Shown one piece after another: positions 16,151 to 18,778 of a stretch of 18,778 nucleotides of DNA. The notes under the pieces are model-generated. The model ran no database searches. It was not told the DNA's origin and saw nothing but the letters and a program-made list of their open reading frames with translations. The translations under genes and the position numbers were made by a program. Numbering within the stretch: position 1 is the first letter of the stretch; every line of letters starts with the position of its first letter. The stretch is from a candidate division WOR-3 bacterium (GTDB lineage Bacteria; Hydrothermota; Tepidihabitantia; Tepidihabitantales; Tepidihabitantaceae). The stretch spans positions 1-18,778 of the forward strand of contig CBFGIY010000049.1 of assembly GCA_965648935.1 (NCBI GenBank), given 5' to 3'.

Positions 16151-16486
16151 ATGAGGCGTATAGCACTAGTCACGGTCCTGGCCGCGAGCCTGTTCGCCTT
16201 CACCGGCTGCGGCGCCCTGATTGCGGTCGGCGGCGGCGGCACCCTGTACCAGGACACCAAGATCCCGTCGGGTGCGGTCGCCTACTACGGCGCCACTTCC
16301 AATACGATGAGCAAGGTAGGCAAGGCATCGGCCACTTCGATCCTCGGCATCCTGCTGACCGGCGACGCCGGGCTCGAAGCCGCGATGCGCGCGGGCGGCA
16401 TCACCAAGCTGCACCACGTCGACACCCAGTTGACGAACATCCTGGGCATCATCGCGACCTACACGACCATCGCCTACGGCGAGTAG
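16151..16486 (+). CDS. TRL-like family lipoprotein
   Basis: AAGGAGG 16136-16142; lipoprotein signal MRRIALVTVLAASLFAFTG-C; KVGKASATSILGILLTGDAGLEAAMRAGGITKLHHVD..ILGI..Y.TIAYGE matches the TRL-like pattern. Confidence 0.82.
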   Translation: MRRIALVTVLAASLFAFTGCGALIAVGGGGTLYQDTKIPSGAVAYYGATSNTMSKVGKASATSILGILLTGDAGLEAAMRAGGITKLHHVDTQLTNILGIIATYTTIAYGE

Positions 16487-16504
16487 GACTGCGGCTCTCT
16501 TCGC

Positions 16505-16535
16505 GGCAGGGGCCATCTTGGCCCCTGCCCTTTTT
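16505..16535 (+). terminator. Rho-independent terminator
   Basis: 11-bp stem GGCAGGGGCCA-tct-TGGCCCCTGCC followed by cTTTTT. Confidence 0.85.
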
Positions 16536-16545
16536 CCCGCCCGGC

Positions 16546-16573
16546 TTGAACCACTTCCCTGCCCGGCTATCAT
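16546..16573 (+). promoter_or_regulatory. Promoter for a leaderless PMM/PGM-ttcA transcript
   Basis: TTGAAC (16546-16551), 16 bp, TATCAT (16568-16573), 5 nt, GTG 16579; lies immediately after the terminator. Confidence 0.68.
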
Positions 16574-16578
16574 CTCCC

Positions 16579-17943
16579 GTGAACCCGCTGATATTCCGCG
16601 AGTACGACATCCGCGGCATCGCCGCGACCGACCTGCCCGACGACGAGGTCTTCCGGCTCGGCCAGACCTACGGCTCCTACATACTCGACCAGGGCATCGC
16701 CCACTGCGTCATCGCGCGCGACGCGCGCCTGTCCGGCCCGCGCATCACACGCGCCCTCGGCGAAGGCATCCGTTCGACCGGACTCGACACGGTCGACATC
16801 GGGATGGTCCCGACACCGGTGTTCTACTTCTCTTTCTTCCACCTCGACGCCAACGCGGGAATGATGGTCACGGCCAGCCACAACCCGCCCGAGTTCAACG
16901 GCTTCAAGGTCGGCCTCAACAAGACCACCATCTACGGCGAGGAAATCCAACGCCTGCGCAACCTCCTCGAGGCCGGCCGGTTCCGCTCCGGCCGCGGCCA
17001 CGCCGAGACGCTCGACATCGTGCCCGACTACGTCGCGATGCTGCGGTCCCGCGTCAGCATCAACCGCGACCTCTCGGTCGTGTTCGACCCGGGCAACGGA
17101 ACCGCCGGTGTCCTGCTCGAACGGCTGTTTGCCGGCACGCGGGTCAAGCCCCGGTTCATCAACCTCGAGCCTGACGGCAACTTCCCGGCCCATGTGCCCG
17201 ACCCGACCGTGCTGAAGTACATGGACCAGTGCGTCCGGCTCGTGCGCGAGACCGGCGCCGACTGCGGCATCGGCTATGACGGCGACGCGGACCGCATCGG
17301 CGCAGTCGACGAGACCGGCGCGATGGTCTACGGCGACAAGCTGCTCGGCATCTTCGCGGCCGCCGTGCTCAAGCGCAAGCCCGGCTCCCCCATCGTCTTT
17401 GAAGTGAAGTGCTCGCAGGGCCTCGTCGAGTACATCGAATCTCTCGGCGGCAGGCCGGTGATGTACAAGACCGGACACTCGCTCATCAAGGCAAAGATGA
17501 AGGAACTGCACGCGCCGCTCGCCGGCGAGATGTCCGGCCACATGTTCTTCGCCGACGATTACTACGGCTATGACGACGCGATACTCGCCTCGCTCCGCCT
17601 GCTGCAGATTATGGCCGACTCAGGCGAGAAGCTTTCCTCGCTCGCCGGGCGCATCCCATCCTATGTCTCGACCCCGGAAATCCGGGTCGGCTGCCCCGAC
17701 GAGCTGAAGTTCGGCATCGTCGCCGAGCTGGCCGCAGCGTTCAAGCGCGACCACGAGGTCATTGACATCGACGGCGCGCGCGTCGTGTTCCCGGACGGCT
17801 GGGGACTGGTCCGCGCCTCCAACACCCAGCCGATACTCGTCCTGCGCTTCGAGGCGCGCACCCCTGAGCGGCTCGGACAGATTCGAGACCTGTTCTACGA
17901 CCGCCTGCGGCAGTTCCCGCAGGTCAACCTGCAGGGCGAGTAG
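16579..17943 (+). CDS. Phosphomannomutase/phosphoglucomutase (AlgC-like)
   Basis: MNPLIFREYDIRG, catalytic TASHNP, metal loop DGDADR, sugar-binding GEMSGH, GWGLVRASNTQP. Confidence 0.95.
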   Translation: MNPLIFREYDIRGIAATDLPDDEVFRLGQTYGSYILDQGIAHCVIARDARLSGPRITRALGEGIRSTGLDTVDIGMVPTPVFYFSFFHLDANAGMMVTASHNPPEFNGFKVGLNKTTIYGEEIQRLRNLLEAGRFRSGRGHAETLDIVPDYVAMLRSRVSINRDLSVVFDPGNGTAGVLLERLFAGTRVKPRFINLEPDGNFPAHVPDPTVLKYMDQCVRLVRETGADCGIGYDGDADRIGAVDETGAMVYGDKLLGIFAAAVLKRKPGSPIVFEVKCSQGLVEYIESLGGRPVMYKTGHSLIKAKMKELHAPLAGEMSGHMFFADDYYGYDDAILASLRLLQIMADSGEKLSSLAGRIPSYVSTPEIRVGCPDELKFGIVAELAAAFKRDHEVIDIDGARVVFPDGWGLVRASNTQPILVLRFEARTPERLGQIRDLFYDRLRQFPQVNLQGE

Positions 17944-17944
17944 C

Positions 17945-18670
17945 CTGGCCGAAGTCTCTCGCCGGCTCAAGAACATCCAGAAGGCCGCGGCCGCGCTCAT
18001 CGACCGCCGGCCCCTGCTGGGGCCCGGCGACAAGGTCATCGTCGGCGTATCGGGCGGCGCCGACAGCCTCTGCCTCCTCCACCTGCTGCTCGACCACGCC
18101 CGGCGCTACCGCCGCGACTGGCAGGTGTTCCCGGTGCACTTCGATCCGGGTTTCGGCGGCTGGAACTCCGAACGGGTGCGCCGCGCCTGTGAGCGCGTCG
18201 GCGCCGACTGCACCGTAATCGCGGGCCGGCTCGACGCGCGCGACTGTCACGCCTGCTCGCGCGCCCGGCGCCGGGCCCTGTTCGAGCACGCCCGCTCAAT
18301 CGGCGCGCGCAAGCTCGCGCTCGGCCACCACCTCGAAGACGTCAACGAAACCTTCCTGCTGAACCTGGTCTACACCTCGTCGGGCGCGGCCATCCTGCCC
18401 GAACAGCCCCTGTTCGGCGGCGCGCTTACCATCATCCGGCCGCTCTACCGCATCGCAAAGGACGACATCCGTTACTACCTGCGTCAGTTCGGAATTCGCG
18501 TTGTGCGCAACCGCTGCCCGGGCGAACGCAAGAGCAAGCGCCTCATGGTGCGCCGCTTCCTCGCCCGGCTCTATCGTGCCGACCCGCGCACGCGCACCAA
18601 CATCTTCGCCGGGATTCATAACGTCAAACCCGCCTACCTTCCTGACCCGGACACCGGATCAAGCGACTGA
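17945..18670 (+). CDS. ttcA: TtcA-family tRNA 2-thiocytidine biosynthesis / PP-loop protein; probable CTG start
   Basis: VGVSGGADS PP-loop, CHACSRARR, KLALGHHLED..ETFLLNL, IIRPL, NRCP. Confidence 0.82.
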   Translation: MAEVSRRLKNIQKAAAALIDRRPLLGPGDKVIVGVSGGADSLCLLHLLLDHARRYRRDWQVFPVHFDPGFGGWNSERVRRACERVGADCTVIAGRLDARDCHACSRARRRALFEHARSIGARKLALGHHLEDVNETFLLNLVYTSSGAAILPEQPLFGGALTIIRPLYRIAKDDIRYYLRQFGIRVVRNRCPGERKSKRLMVRRFLARLYRADPRTRTNIFAGIHNVKPAYLPDPDTGSSD

Positions 18671-18672
18671 CC

Positions 18673-18709
18673 GGCCGCGCGGTCATCTCCTGCCCTGACC
18701 GCGCCGGCC
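18673..18709 (+). terminator. GC-rich hairpin after ttcA (possible terminator, no U-tract)
   Basis: GCGCGGTCA (18677-18685) / TGACCGCGC (18696-18704), extendable with flanking GGCC. Confidence 0.45.
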
Positions 18710-18728
18710 ACCGGGGGAATCACTCCCC

Positions 18729-18776
18729 CCACAACAGGTAGTATCGCTCTCTGCGCCGAACCACTACAGGTTGTGG
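18729..18776. promoter_or_regulatory. Tandem NrdR-box-like operators
   Basis: CCACAACAGGTAGTAT (18729-18744) and CCACTACAGGTTGTGG (18761-18776) are 16-mers 32 bp apart that resemble the consensus acaCwAtATaTwGtgt. Confidence 0.7.
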
Positions 18777-18778
18777 TT

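Noticed and set aside
18713..18729. GGGGGA-atcac-TCCCCC hairpin as a terminator or ncRNA
   Set aside because: Short 6-bp homopolymeric stem with no U-tract; insufficient support on its own.
1..18778. CRISPR array, IS element, prophage or defence system
   Set aside because: No regularly spaced direct repeats, terminal inverted repeats, transposase, cas, phage or nuclease genes were recognised.

Overview
GC-rich bacterial chromosomal window, most likely from an FCB-superphylum lineage such as candidate division WOR-3. This is an inference from two secreted proteins that combine Ig-like domains, a 'KGxN' Kelch-like propeller and a T9SS/FlgD-type C-terminal domain. Content: partial glnS and gltX co-oriented behind two tRNA-Ser genes; a 1335-aa modular secreted protein; a DUF4321-like membrane protein; an AmmeMemoRadiSam radical SAM enzyme; an M23 peptidase; comF; lgt; hypE-hypD; a second secreted Kelch protein; a TRL-like lipoprotein; a phosphomannomutase/phosphoglucomutase; a TtcA-family protein; and tandem NrdR-like boxes at the right edge. 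No mobile element or CRISPR array was seen. The strongest unexplained signal is regulatory. Ten sigma70-type promoters can be read directly, and nine have a 16-bp rather than 17-bp spacer. Five place a start codon at the predicted +1 (leaderless mRNAs), one appears to drive a leaderless Cys-rich uORF, and at least one downstream gene seems to need a non-canonical CTG start. All calls are from reading the sequence; no database searches were run.
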